A stretch of DNA of 64,000 bases. It comes from Dehalococcoidia bacterium (lineage in GTDB: Bacteria; Chloroflexota; Dehalococcoidia; Lucifugimonadales; VXLM01). The stretch is taken from assembly GCA_963662435.1 (NCBI GenBank), contig OY759598.1, forward strand, positions 2,698,507-2,762,506. Direction: 5' to 3'. The stretch's first letter is position 1. Each line of letters opens with the position of its first letter. The position numbers and the translations under genes were made by a program. A model generated the notes under the pieces. That model saw only the letters and a program-made list of their open reading frames with translations, was not told the DNA's origin and searched no databases. Positions 10,360-20,633 of this stretch are shown one piece after another.

Positions 10360-10803
10360 TTACCCGTGGTGGTACACGACGGCTGCCCTCTTCTTGGGGC
10401 GGAGCGCTGGAATCGCTGTCCATATTGATTTTCTGAATTCCGAATCCTTTGCGATATATTTCGGCAACGGGTCGAGCGAAGGCAGGTCTGCGGCGGCTTC
10501 TTCCAACGGCAGGCTGCGATGGTGTCGTCGGCGCAGCTCCCTGAGGCTGATGTTGACGACGATCCGATACAGCCAGGGGGCTAGGGGCCGCTCCGGATCG
10601 AACCGCCACATCGCGGTGAACGGCTCCACGAAGACCTGCTGCGTGACGTCCTTACCGAGGTGGTGGTTCCCGACGGTCCCATACGTGATACGCAGGACGG
10701 TCAGCCGCTGAAGCACGAAGAGTACTTCCAGCCCCGTCAGGTCTCCTTCCTGACACCGAAGTATGGCCTCCCGCTCACGTGGCGCTGTCAAACGACGTTT
10801 CAC
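10360..10803 (-). pseudogene. ECF sigma-70 factor, degenerate and truncated in region 4
   Basis: Region 2-like KDVTQQVF...FDPERPLAPWLYRIVVN; stops at LRPKKRAAVVYHHG*, before the region 4.2 HTH. Confidence 0.75.
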
Positions 10804-10836
10804 CTCCAGCGCTAGTTATGAGCCCTTCACATAGTA

Positions 10837-10862
10837 TTACCGCAAGGCGGCAGAAAGGTTCA
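10837..10862 (-). promoter_or_regulatory. Putative ECF-type promoter upstream of the sigma pseudogene
   Basis: TGAACC-N16-GTAA on the minus strand. Confidence 0.45.
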
Positions 10863-10955
10863 TCGACTTGTAGACATCCAGCCCGCAGGGCTATACTCGA
10901 CCAAGGGACGCCTTCTTGCGCTTAGTCGGTCAGGTCACCAAAGCCGTAGACATTC

Positions 10956-11213
10956 ATGCCAGAAATCAGCAGGTTCTTTGGTATTATCATTGCGATGTAC
11001 TATGACGACCATGTGCCCCCGCATTTCCACGCCAAGTATGGAGAGTACGAAGTAACGGTGAGCATAGCGGACGGAGCGGTAGTCGGAAATCTTCCAGGGC
11101 GCGCCAAAGGCCTCGTTATTGAATGGCTGCACCTTCATAAGGACGATCTCTCGGCCAACTGGGTGAGAGCGGAGAACCACCAACCGCTTCAAAGAATCTC
11201 TCCGCTGGAGTAA
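10956..11213 (+). CDS. DUF4160 family protein (putative TA-like toxin)
   Basis: MPEISRFFGIIIAMYYDDHVPPHFHAKYGEY signature. Confidence 0.88.
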   Translation: MPEISRFFGIIIAMYYDDHVPPHFHAKYGEYEVTVSIADGAVVGNLPGRAKGLVIEWLHLHKDDLSANWVRAENHQPLQRISPLE

Positions 11214-11217
11214 CGAT

Positions 11218-11460
11218 ATGGTGAAGCTAATTGAAGCCAGATACTTGAGGGAGTATGTGGTCTGGCTGCGCTTTAGTGACGGCGCGACAGGCGAGGTCGA
11301 TTTGTCCGATCGGCTCTATGGGCCAGTCTTTCAACCCTTGAAAGACCGGGAATACTTCCAGACTTTTGAAGTGCATCAGGAACTCCATACGCTTGTTTGG
11401 CCTAACGGCGCCGACTTCGCGCCTGAGTTCCTACATGAGAGAATACGGGTACCAGTTTAG
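11218..11460 (+). CDS. DUF2442 family protein (putative antitoxin)
   Basis: LRFSDGATGEVDL...GPVFQPLKD...TLVWPNGADFAPEFL; adjacent to the DUF4160 gene. Confidence 0.88.
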   Translation: MVKLIEARYLREYVVWLRFSDGATGEVDLSDRLYGPVFQPLKDREYFQTFEVHQELHTLVWPNGADFAPEFLHERIRVPV

Positions 11461-11520
11461 GGAGCTATCACAATGAAGTTCACTCGAACTATCATTTCGG
11501 CGCTGCGGGGTTAGTGACAC

Positions 11521-12261
11521 ATGGCGAGAATCAGTGCAGTTCTAATGGCGGGCGCAATCATGGCGCTTCTCCTCGCGGCATGCGGCGGTTCTGAAGACGA
11601 GGAGACCGCGTCGCCACCTCCTCCTCCACCGGCAGCCCAGCCGACATCGGCTCCCGCCGCGACTCCCGCGCCGACAGTCGCGCCAGAGGAGTCTGCCGAC
11701 TCCGAGGCGGCAACCGACGGCGCGACAACCATTTTCGTAACTGACGGATCCGAGGCGGTGTATCGCATAAACGAGCAGTTGGCGCGGCGCGACCTGCCAA
11801 ACGACGCGGTAGGCACGACAAGCGAAGTCGAAGGGCAGATCGTGTTCCTGGAAGACGGCTCAGTTGATGCTGAGCGATCCGAGATTAAGGTGGGCGTCGG
11901 CTCCCTAACCAGTGACTCCAGCAGGCGCGATTCTTACATCCAACGGAACTCGCTCGAGTCCAACCAATACCCCGAAGTCACGCTTGCCTTGAAGGAAATC
12001 CGTGGTCTCGCATGGCCCCTGCCGACGAGCGGCGAGGCGACGTTTGAGATGGTGGGCGACCTGACGATTCGCGATCAGACTCATTCGTCCACGTGGGAGA
12101 CGACTGCAACGTTCACCGCAGACGGAATCGAGGGCCTTGCAAAGACCGTTGTCACCTTCGAGCAGTATGGGATGACCAAGCCGCGCGTCGCCATCGTCCT
12201 CAGCGTGGTGGATGAGATTCGTCTCGAAATCAGCTTCATCGCGACCGTCTCAGGCGGTTGA
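11521..12261 (+). CDS. YceI family lipoprotein
   Basis: Lipobox LAAC, Pro-rich linker, SLTSDSSRRD, GDLTIRD, YGMTKP. Confidence 0.85.
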   Translation: MARISAVLMAGAIMALLLAACGGSEDEETASPPPPPPAAQPTSAPAATPAPTVAPEESADSEAATDGATTIFVTDGSEAVYRINEQLARRDLPNDAVGTTSEVEGQIVFLEDGSVDAERSEIKVGVGSLTSDSSRRDSYIQRNSLESNQYPEVTLALKEIRGLAWPLPTSGEATFEMVGDLTIRDQTHSSTWETTATFTADGIEGLAKTVVTFEQYGMTKPRVAIVLSVVDEIRLEISFIATVSGG

Positions 12262-12320
12262 TAGCGGCCCCGGCCACGCCCGGCTGATCACACTCAACCA
12301 GCTTCCTATCAGGAGGTACC

Positions 12321-13139
12321 ATGCACATCGGACTCAGCACGATCCTAACTGCAGACTCCATCGACATTGCCGACCTCGCGCCGAGGGCCGAGGAGCTCGG
12401 CTTCGAGTCGATCTGGACGCCTGAGCAGCCCACGCTGCCTGTCGTTACCGAAACGGAAATACCGCGTGAGTGGGGTGACATCACCGACCCGTTCGTCCTT
12501 CTCAGCCGTGCGGCGGCCGTTACCTCCACGATAAAGCTGGGGACTGCTGTCTGCGTCGTCACCGAACGTCACCCGGTGTCCCTCGCGAAGACGGTAGCGA
12601 CGCTCGATATGTACAGCTCAGGCCGCTTCCTGTTCGGCATCGGCACCGGCTCGATTCGCGAACAGGCAAACATCTTCGGAACAGACTTCGATCACCGGTG
12701 GACACAGGCCCGTGAAGGCGTCCTCGCGATGAAGGAACTCTGGACGAAGGAGCAGAGCGAGTTTCACGGCAAGTACTACGATTTCCCGCCGGTCTACTGC
12801 TATCCGAAGCCCAGTCGGAAGCCGCACCCACCCATCCTCCTAGGCAGCCACGTTCCCCAGGTCTTCAGGCGCATCGTCGATTATGCCGATGGCTGGCTGC
12901 CCATCGAAGTCTCGCCCGAACGGGTCGCAGAGGCGCGGGCGGAGCTCAACCCCCTTGCAGAGGCCAAGGGTCGAGACCCGAGCTCGATCGACATCACGGC
13001 GTTCGGGGTACTCGAAGACCGTGATGTCATAAGACAGTACCAGCGGGCAGGGGCCGACCGGGTCGTTTTCGGACTCCCGACGGCAGGCCATGCCGAGAGC
13101 CTAGCTGAATTGGACCGCCTGGCTCTAGCGGTCTTGTGA
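12321..13139 (+). CDS. LLM-class (luciferase-like, probably F420-dependent) oxidoreductase
   Basis: AEELGFESIW, DPFVLL, IKLGTAV, LAKTVATLD..SSGRFLFGIG, FHGKYYDF. Confidence 0.9.
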   Translation: MHIGLSTILTADSIDIADLAPRAEELGFESIWTPEQPTLPVVTETEIPREWGDITDPFVLLSRAAAVTSTIKLGTAVCVVTERHPVSLAKTVATLDMYSSGRFLFGIGTGSIREQANIFGTDFDHRWTQAREGVLAMKELWTKEQSEFHGKYYDFPPVYCYPKPSRKPHPPILLGSHVPQVFRRIVDYADGWLPIEVSPERVAEARAELNPLAEAKGRDPSSIDITAFGVLEDRDVIRQYQRAGADRVVFGLPTAGHAESLAELDRLALAVL

Positions 13140-13245
13140 AGTGGCGCAGGTTGCGATTCGATTGGTACAGCGTATCGCAAACATACTTATACCGTGATAC
13201 CCTCTGAATACCACTTTCTGAATACTACTTGGGCAGAGTAACAGC

Positions 13246-14187
13246 ATGATTTTGGTAACAGGTGCGACGGGATTTGTGGGACGACGGGTCGTTGAGCGGC
13301 TCATGTCCGACAGGCACAACGTCCGCGCCCTGACGCGAGGCGGCGGTGCTGCAATGCTGCCTTGGGGCGTGAAGATGGCCACTGGCGACGTTCTCGACCC
13401 CAAGTCGCTCAGACAGGCCATGATCGGCGTCGATGCCGTCATTCATCTCGTGGCCGTAATCCGCGAGTCGGGCGACCGGACCTTTCAGCGCGTCAACTAC
13501 GAGGGCACGAAAAATGTCATCGAAGCCGCGCAGAATGCCGACGTGCCCCGTGTAATATTCGTAAGCACGGTGGGATCCAGTTCTGATCCCGAAGTCCCGT
13601 ATCTCTATTCGCGTTGGATGGCGGAAGAGGAGATCGCGCGAAGCGATTTGGACTACACCGTCGTTCGGTTCACTGTCGGCTTTGGGGCCGGAGACGAGTT
13701 CGTGAACAGACTTGCGGCTTTAGTGAAGATGTCCCCGCTGACGCCGGTTGCGGGCGACGGCACCGCGGAATTTCAGCCCATTTACGTCGATGACGTGGCG
13801 CGGTGCATTGTAGAAAGTCTCAAGCGCGCCGACCTCGAAGGGAAGACTGTCGACATTGGAGGGCCGGACTACTTCACCTACGACGAACTCATCGACCTCG
13901 TTGCGGAAACGCTCGGCGTCAAGGTTGCAAAGGTCCACATCCCGACCTGCGTCATGACTCCCGCGGCGACTGTGATGGAGTCGCTGTCACCGAACTCGCC
14001 CATAACACGGGAGCAACTCAAGATGATCGCGGTCGGCGAGAATACGACCCTTGATTCGGTTGAAAAGAACTTCGGATTCAGCCCCCTTCCCATACGAGAC
14101 AACATCGACTACATCAAGAAGATCAGCATCGGCGATGCCATGCGCATGAACTTGGGCTACATGCCGACGCACATTCGCGACCACTAG
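13246..14187 (+). CDS. NAD(P)-dependent epimerase/dehydratase, NDUFA9-like
   Basis: ILVTGATGFVG, FQRVNYEGT, FQPIYVDDVA, IGGPD. Confidence 0.85.
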   Translation: MILVTGATGFVGRRVVERLMSDRHNVRALTRGGGAAMLPWGVKMATGDVLDPKSLRQAMIGVDAVIHLVAVIRESGDRTFQRVNYEGTKNVIEAAQNADVPRVIFVSTVGSSSDPEVPYLYSRWMAEEEIARSDLDYTVVRFTVGFGAGDEFVNRLAALVKMSPLTPVAGDGTAEFQPIYVDDVARCIVESLKRADLEGKTVDIGGPDYFTYDELIDLVAETLGVKVAKVHIPTCVMTPAATVMESLSPNSPITREQLKMIAVGENTTLDSVEKNFGFSPLPIRDNIDYIKKISIGDAMRMNLGYMPTHIRDH

Positions 14188-14199
14188 GTCCGCCCTCTC

Positions 14200-14470
14200 T
14201 GAGAGAGTGTCGAATGGGCCAGTGAACGCAGTTCGCAGTGGGCTCGTCGCCCCATGAACGGCGAGGCCATCGTTCTACGGGATATCAGGAAACTGCTTCA
14301 CATCAGCGACGATGCAGCGCCATATTCAGCCTTCGACAGGCTCAGGCCGAACGTACTTTCTCTTTCCTGCGTCCCCGGTACTGATATCCCTGCCTGGCCC
14401 CGCGCGCGGGCCATGACGCTGCTCAGGGTGAGCGGGGCACAGATTGGGCATTCTCCAAGCAAGCCCTTGC
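14200..14470. repeat. Family-A composite repeat (long variant)
   Basis: CAGCCTTCGACAGGCTCAGGCCGAACGTAC and flanks are shared with 45845-46060; reverse complement of parts of 27390-27565 and 55028-55222. Confidence 0.8.
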
Positions 14471-14537
14471 CAAGCGACGTTTTTCTCTCTGCTCCGTCTA
14501 TGCGATACTCTTCCCAGTCTCACAACAGGGTATTCAG

Positions 14538-15941
14538 TTGAGTGTCGCCATCAAGAATCCGACTAAGCTCGACTATTCGGCCGCCGTCCAGCGGGCCATG
14601 GGCCTGGCCGATTTCGAGCGCGGGACACACAGTCCCGGGCACTCAACCTTTCACCTTGAGCGCATCTCGCGGCTCCTGGAGAGACTAGGCAATCCTCACC
14701 TGGCCACTCCGACCGTCCACGTCGCCGGCACGAAGGGCAAGGGCAGCACCGCCGCAATGATCACCTCCATCCTGTCGGCGGCAGGGCACCGCGTGGGACT
14801 GTACACGTCGCCATCGCTCCACACCGTAACCGAGCGCGTCCGCATCGGGATGGAGCCCATCGACCGGGAAGACTTCGCCAGCCTCGTTGAACGGATGTGG
14901 CCGGAAGTCGAGTGGGTGGGAGAGCAAGGCGGATTTGGGCCACTGATGTACTTTGAGTTCCTCACCGCCCTGGCCTTCCTGCACTTCAGCGAGACGGAGT
15001 GCGACTTTCAGGTCATCGAGGTCGGCCTCGGCGGGCGTCTTGACGCGACGAACGTGGTTCAACCCGCCGTCTCCGTCATCACCTCGATCAGTCTCGATCA
15101 CACGAGCATACTCGGCGACACGCTTCCTTTGATCGCCTCGGAGAAGGCCGGCATCATCAAGGAAAGCGTGCCGGTCGTCGTTGCACCGCAGAACGATGAG
15201 GCGATGGACACGATAGTGCAGACCGCAAAGGAACACGGATCTTCAATTGTCTACGTTGGTAACGCGCTCGCATGGCAACCTCGAAGCTCCGACCTCGAAG
15301 GTCAGAGCTTCAATGTGCGAGGCACGAGGGACTCATACGAGGTCACCCTCCCGCTAATCGGCGAGCATCAGCAGGAGAATGCGGCGACGGCCATTGCCGT
15401 GGCGGAGACCCTCGTCGCAGGGGGACATGCGCTTTCGAAAGAGAACATCCTTGGTGGCCTCCGAAATGTCCGCTGGCCCGGAAGGTTTCAGGTCCTCAGG
15501 CGCGAGGATCCGCCGGTCATCGCGGATGGCGCTCACAACCCGTACTCGATGCACCGTCTGGTCGAAGCCATCGTCAGGCACGTCGACTACGAGCACCTAT
15601 TCGTCGTGTTCGGAGCAGTCAGCGGCCACAGCGCTCTTGGTATGCTTGAGGAACTGGCGACCCTCGACCCGACGGTGATTGCGGTCCAATCACGGCATCC
15701 CAAGGCTGCAACGGTCGAGGAGATTGCGGAGGCTGCCCAGGTCGCGGGGGTGTCGATGGCACTAGAGCACGGAGGCGTCGGAATCGCGACACGACGTGCC
15801 CTCTCTCTCGCCACGAACGAAGACGCCGTCATAGGAACCGGATCGTTATCAGTCGTTGGTGAGATGATAGAGGAGTTGGAAGGTATGGCTCCGGAGTTGT
15901 ACCCTTACTTGAAGGGAGTAAGGAGGCGCCATGAGCGATAG
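14538..15941 (+). CDS. folC: Folylpolyglutamate synthase/dihydrofolate synthase
   Basis: HVAGTKGKGST, GLYTSP, EVGLGGRLDATN, EKAGIIK, WPGRF, DGAHN. Confidence 0.95.
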   Translation: MSVAIKNPTKLDYSAAVQRAMGLADFERGTHSPGHSTFHLERISRLLERLGNPHLATPTVHVAGTKGKGSTAAMITSILSAAGHRVGLYTSPSLHTVTERVRIGMEPIDREDFASLVERMWPEVEWVGEQGGFGPLMYFEFLTALAFLHFSETECDFQVIEVGLGGRLDATNVVQPAVSVITSISLDHTSILGDTLPLIASEKAGIIKESVPVVVAPQNDEAMDTIVQTAKEHGSSIVYVGNALAWQPRSSDLEGQSFNVRGTRDSYEVTLPLIGEHQQENAATAIAVAETLVAGGHALSKENILGGLRNVRWPGRFQVLRREDPPVIADGAHNPYSMHRLVEAIVRHVDYEHLFVVFGAVSGHSALGMLEELATLDPTVIAVQSRHPKAATVEEIAEAAQVAGVSMALEHGGVGIATRRALSLATNEDAVIGTGSLSVVGEMIEELEGMAPELYPYLKGVRRRHER

Positions 15942-17190
15942 GAGTAACGGAAGAAGGCGGGTCGTCGTAACCGGCATGGGCGTGGTCAGCCCCGTTGGCT
16001 CCTCGGTCGACGAATTCTGGAGCAACCTGGTCCAGGGCAAGTCGGGTATCGGCACAATTACCCAGGCCGACACGTCCGACTTTCCGAGCAACATCGCCGG
16101 TGAGGTGTCAGACTTCGATCCGACGCAGTTCCTCGACCGGAGAGACGCAAGGCGCATGGCCCGATTCTCACAGCTCGCGGTCGCAGCCGCCGGAATGGCC
16201 ATCGAGGACGCAGGCATCGACCTGTCGAGGGAGGATGAGGACCGCGTCGGCATCGTCATGGGCAACGGAAATGGCGGCTTCCCCGCAACCGAGGAGAACG
16301 CGAGGGCGCTCGTTAGACGAGGCGGCATGAAGACCAGCCCGTTCTTCATTCCCATGATTCTTCCGAACATGGCCGCGGCCAACGTCAGTCGCGTATACGG
16401 CATCAAGGGTTACACGTCCACGATCATCACCGCATGCGCCGCGGGGACGCAGGGCGTAGGGGAAGCGGCGGAGGTCGTGCGGCGGGGGGCGGCCGATATC
16501 GTGCTCGGCGGGGGTTGCGAGGCAGGTATCTGTGAACTAGGTCTTAGTGGATTCAATACCATCCACGCTCTCTCCCGGTACAAGGGCGACCCAACCCAGG
16601 CCAGCCGTCCATTTGACGCCCAGCGAGACGGCTTTGTCCCGGCGGAGGGGGCCGGTATCTTGATTCTCGAAAGCCTCGAACACGCACTCGACCGGGGCGC
16701 GAACATTCTCGCAGAGATTGTAGGGCAGGGCGTCTCGTCCGATGCGTTCCATGCCGTCCAACCCGACGACAATGGCGACGGCGCCGCGCGGGCGATCAGG
16801 TTCGCCCTCAACGACGCGGGAATTACGCCGGACGAGGTTGATTACATCAACGCCCACGGAACGTCAACGCCGTTGAACGACCTTGCCGAAACACGAGGCA
16901 TCAAGCAGGCATTCGGCGATCAAGCCTACAAAGTCCCCATCAGCTCCACCAAGTCGATGATTGGTCATGCTCTCGGCGGTGCGGGAGCCATAGAGGCCGT
17001 CGCGGCGGTCGCGACAATCAACAATAACGAGATTCACCCGACCATCAACTACGATCACCCCGACCCCGAATGCGATCTCGACTACGTTCCGAACACTTCC
17101 CGCAAGCAGCAGGTCGACACAATCCTGTCGAACAGCTTCGGTTTCGGCGGGCAGAACGCCGTCCTCGTGCTGCGTCGGTTTGAGGAGTAG
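15931..17190 (+). CDS. fabF: 3-oxoacyl-ACP synthase II
   Basis: RRVVVTGMG, TACAAG, YINAHGTST, STKSMIGH, SNSFGFGGQN. Confidence 0.97.
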   Translation: MSDRSNGRRRVVVTGMGVVSPVGSSVDEFWSNLVQGKSGIGTITQADTSDFPSNIAGEVSDFDPTQFLDRRDARRMARFSQLAVAAAGMAIEDAGIDLSREDEDRVGIVMGNGNGGFPATEENARALVRRGGMKTSPFFIPMILPNMAAANVSRVYGIKGYTSTIITACAAGTQGVGEAAEVVRRGAADIVLGGGCEAGICELGLSGFNTIHALSRYKGDPTQASRPFDAQRDGFVPAEGAGILILESLEHALDRGANILAEIVGQGVSSDAFHAVQPDDNGDGAARAIRFALNDAGITPDEVDYINAHGTSTPLNDLAETRGIKQAFGDQAYKVPISSTKSMIGHALGGAGAIEAVAAVATINNNEIHPTINYDHPDPECDLDYVPNTSRKQQVDTILSNSFGFGGQNAVLVLRRFEE

Positions 17191-17269
17191 GCGGTTCGCG
17201 ACGGACTAGGATAGGGGGACTAATCGCGGCACGCGCGTATCCAAGTCAGGCGCGTACTCTCAGTCCCGG

Positions 17270-17665
17270 TCAGCACCCGCACTTGATGCCCGACCCGGTC
17301 TGCGCTCCCTCACCATGGGTTTCATGGCCGTCGCGCTTCCACCAGTCCAGTCCTCCGATCAGTTCCTGCACCTGGAACCCAAGCGTCAGGAGCTTCAACG
17401 CCGTCTTCGTCGAGGCGTTGCATCCGATCCCGTCGCAGTAGCAGACATAGGTCTTTGACTTGTCCAGCGAAACGGTGGAATTGAAGCTGATGTCCCTGTG
17501 AGGAAGACTGACAGCCCCCGGAATATGCTCCTGGGCATAGGCGTCGGCAGATCGTCCGTCCACGACCACGATTGGCTCACCCTTGCCCAGGGCTTCGTCA
17601 ACGTCCGCAGAGTCCATCTCATATGCCAGCTTGCGCTGGTAGAAGTCCATCTGATCAATGCTCAT
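17270..17665 (-). CDS. Rhodanese-like domain protein
   Basis: VVDGRS..Y..EHIPGA, CYCDGIGCNAS, ELIGGLDWW. Confidence 0.9.
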   Translation of the reverse strand: MSIDQMDFYQRKLAYEMDSADVDEALGKGEPIVVVDGRSADAYAQEHIPGAVSLPHRDISFNSTVSLDKSKTYVCYCDGIGCNASTKTALKLLTLGFQVQELIGGLDWWKRDGHETHGEGAQTGSGIKCGC

Positions 17666-17670
17666 TGGCC

Positions 17671-18171
17671 TTACTCCTCGTCCTCTTGCTCCGGTCTTAC
17701 TTCTTCATAAAGCGCGTCTTCGCTCACGAGACGGTCGAGGTACAGTCGTCCATCGAGATGGTCCGCCTCATGCTGAAGGGCCTGGGCGAGGAGATCATTG
17801 GCCGCTCGAATGCGGTACTCCTTGCCGTCGATGTCAAGCGCTCTCACCCGGATTTTCTCCGCGCGCTTGACGGTGCCCCGGTAGCCTGGAACGCTGAGGC
17901 AACCCTCGCTCTCGATCTCCCGCTCCCCTTCCTCGCGCAGCACTTTTGGGTTAATGAGTACGGTCGCCTCTTCATCATCCGGCAGCTGGATCACCGCTAT
18001 TCTAAGGGATATTCCCACCTGGTTGGCGGCCAGGCCCACCCCGTGGGCATCGTGCATCGTTTCGATCATGTCGTCGACGAGCTTGCGGATGCGGCGGTCT
18101 ATACCCTTCACCTGCCGCGTCTTCTGCCGAAGCACAGGGTTTGGCGCGCGCACCAGTGGAAGGATGGCCAC
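17671..18171 (-). CDS. def: Peptide deformylase
   Basis: GVGLAANQ, EGCLS, QHEADHLDG; GTG start at 18171. Confidence 0.95.
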   Translation of the reverse strand: MAILPLVRAPNPVLRQKTRQVKGIDRRIRKLVDDMIETMHDAHGVGLAANQVGISLRIAVIQLPDDEEATVLINPKVLREEGEREIESEGCLSVPGYRGTVKRAEKIRVRALDIDGKEYRIRAANDLLAQALQHEADHLDGRLYLDRLVSEDALYEEVRPEQEDEE

Positions 18172-18176
18172 CTGAC

Positions 18177-18803
18177 CTAGGCCTCTACCGTGGGATTGAG
18201 CGTGTAGGTGCCGACCCACGACGACTTCGCCAGCACGTGCGTCTCCATCGCCCCGAGGGCTTCGGCCCCACCGAAGTTGCCGCTGAGACCGAGACTGTCA
18301 ATATCCAGCGCGTAGAGGGTGAGGTGGTAGTGGTGCAGTCGCTCGTCGTTCCATGGTGGACAGGGACCATCGTATCCGGCGTACACGCCGCCCATGTCCG
18401 CATCGCCCGCGAACCAGTCCGTGTAGTTGTTTACCCCACGAATTCCGTGCTCAGTCCATCCTGGAGCCTTGCCGCCCGCCGTGACACCGTCAGAGTCTGC
18501 TCCTGCGGGCAACTCGGTGGCATCAGGCGAAATATCCACCAACAGCCAGTGATAGAAGTCCACGCGGGGAAGGTCGTGCGGTACAGTACGCCCCTCCTGG
18601 TTCACGTCGTCCGGCACTGAGGGGACATCGGGGTCGTGCATGATGAGCGCCAGCGACTTCGATCCACCGGGAACCCCCGACCAACGGACGTGAGGGCTCC
18701 GATTCGAACCCATGCTGACGTGACCTTCATCGGCGGGGACGCAGAAGGCGAATTCGCCGGGAATCGGCCTGCCGTTCTCGTATGACAGTACCTCGACTTG
18801 CAT
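18177..18803 (-). CDS. YbhB/YbcL (PEBP) family protein
   Basis: IMHDPDVP, FYHW, YDGPCPPWND..HHY. Confidence 0.92.
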   Translation of the reverse strand: MQVEVLSYENGRPIPGEFAFCVPADEGHVSMGSNRSPHVRWSGVPGGSKSLALIMHDPDVPSVPDDVNQEGRTVPHDLPRVDFYHWLLVDISPDATELPAGADSDGVTAGGKAPGWTEHGIRGVNNYTDWFAGDADMGGVYAGYDGPCPPWNDERLHHYHLTLYALDIDSLGLSGNFGGAEALGAMETHVLAKSSWVGTYTLNPTVEA

Positions 18804-18938
18804 GGTCGCCTCCCTTCGCTGCGGGACTGATATCGAGTATAGGAACGGACGTTTGACGTGTCAAACAGCCCAGGGTTGAAGCGTTCGGTATCGGCGCATA
18901 CCATACGGCCCACCCTCGGCAGGCGGGACCGGTGTCCG

Positions 18939-20402
18939 ATGGACCTTCGAATGCTCATCAAGTCCCTGGCGCACCCTTCTTCGGACTCGTATGTCCACGT
19001 CCGCTCCGTGTTCGTCCGGCTGCTTGGCATCGTTTATCTCATCGCCTTCGCTTCCTTCGGCGTGCAGATGGCCGGACTCGTGGGGTCGGAAGGCATCCTT
19101 CCTGCCTTCAGCTTCTTGAATCACGTGGACAACATTCTCGGGGCCGACGCCTACAGGATCGTGCCCACAGTATTCTGGATTTCGGCATCGGACACTGCCC
19201 TGAACGTGGGCGTCCTCGCAGGTGTGGCGCTGTCCCTTTTCCTCATCGTCGGTTTCCTCCAACGGACGGCGCTGGTCCTGCTGTACGCGCTCTACCTCTC
19301 CATCGTGTCGATAGGGCAGGTATTCATGTCCTACCAGTGGGACACCCTCCTGCTGGAGGTGGGATTCCTGTCGATCTTCCTCGCCATACCGGGCCCCGCC
19401 GTGGTGTGGCTGTTCCGAGCGCTGATTTTCCGGTTTTGGTTTCTCTCAGGCGCGGTCAAGCTCTTGAGCGATGACCCGACGTGGGGTTCCTTCACTGCCC
19501 TGACTTTCCACTACGAGACGCAGCCACTGCCGACATGGGTCGCCTGGTACGCCCACCACCTGCCGGAGGGACTCCACCGCCTCGCCGTAGGAGGCGTATT
19601 CTTCGTGGAGCTGGTCGTGCCGTTCATGGTGTTCGGCCCTCGACCGCTCCGCTTCTTCGCCGCGGCCTGCTTCACAGGACTCAACGTCGTCATTGCCGTT
19701 ACCGGCAACTACACCTTCTTCAACCTCCTTTCGATCATCCTCTGCGTCTTCCTGCTCGACGACGACGTGGTCCAACGGCTTCCTCGGAAAGTCCGCCGCG
19801 TCATCCGCTCATTCCCAACACTTACCCTTCCCATGGGCATCCTGACCGGAGCGACCGCCGTCCTGGCAGCGTTCGTCCTCGTAGTCGGCGGACTGCAGAT
19901 GTGGGGTACGTTCGACGGGAAGTACCCGTCTCCGACTTCCACGGCGATGCGATGGATAGCACCGTTCCACACCGTCAATGGTTACGGCCTCTTCGCGGTC
20001 ATGACGACCACGCGTCCTGAGATAATCGTGGAGGGCTCGAACGACGGCGTCGAGTGGCGCAGCTACGAGTTGAAACACAAGGCAGGCGACCTGTCACGAC
20101 GGCCCACTTTCGTTGCACCGCACCAGCCCCGGCTCGACTGGCAGATGTGGTTCGCCGCGCTCGGCACCGCAAACCGCAACGCGTGGTTTCAGGCCTTCAC
20201 GTTCAGGCTCCTGAACGGCTCGCCAACCGTCCTCTCGCTGCTGGATGAGAACCCGTTCCCGGAAGCTCCGCCCCGATATGTCAGAGCGCAACTGTACCTC
20301 TACACGTTTTCCGACCCCGAGACGCGCCGTGAGACCGGCAACTGGTGGGAGCGGCGATTCGTCAGGACGTATTTCGGACCTGTCTCGTTCATCCAGGAGT
20401 AG
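18939..20402 (+). CDS. Lipase maturation factor family membrane protein
   Basis: QWDTLLLEVGF, HYETQPLP, TGNYTFFN, PHQPRLDWQMWFAAL; start approximate. Confidence 0.92.
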   Translation: MDLRMLIKSLAHPSSDSYVHVRSVFVRLLGIVYLIAFASFGVQMAGLVGSEGILPAFSFLNHVDNILGADAYRIVPTVFWISASDTALNVGVLAGVALSLFLIVGFLQRTALVLLYALYLSIVSIGQVFMSYQWDTLLLEVGFLSIFLAIPGPAVVWLFRALIFRFWFLSGAVKLLSDDPTWGSFTALTFHYETQPLPTWVAWYAHHLPEGLHRLAVGGVFFVELVVPFMVFGPRPLRFFAAACFTGLNVVIAVTGNYTFFNLLSIILCVFLLDDDVVQRLPRKVRRVIRSFPTLTLPMGILTGATAVLAAFVLVVGGLQMWGTFDGKYPSPTSTAMRWIAPFHTVNGYGLFAVMTTTRPEIIVEGSNDGVEWRSYELKHKAGDLSRRPTFVAPHQPRLDWQMWFAALGTANRNAWFQAFTFRLLNGSPTVLSLLDENPFPEAPPRYVRAQLYLYTFSDPETRRETGNWWERRFVRTYFGPVSFIQE

Positions 20403-20633
20403 GAAGGGTTCACCGTCTTTCCTGGACGCCCCGGTGGCTCCAAGGACTGGCTCCGGGCTGCATGAGCACCTCACTCAGCAGGATTTATTGACTTCGCAAA
20501 TACCGCCCATGTATTATCGCTTTTGCGCTCCGGAAAATATGGGTGCGCTCGTCAACCTGATGGACATGCGCCGCGACGGTGTCCAGGGGAGACGATGAAT
20601 GATACGTAGAAGGACCATTGCGGAGGTTGCGAT

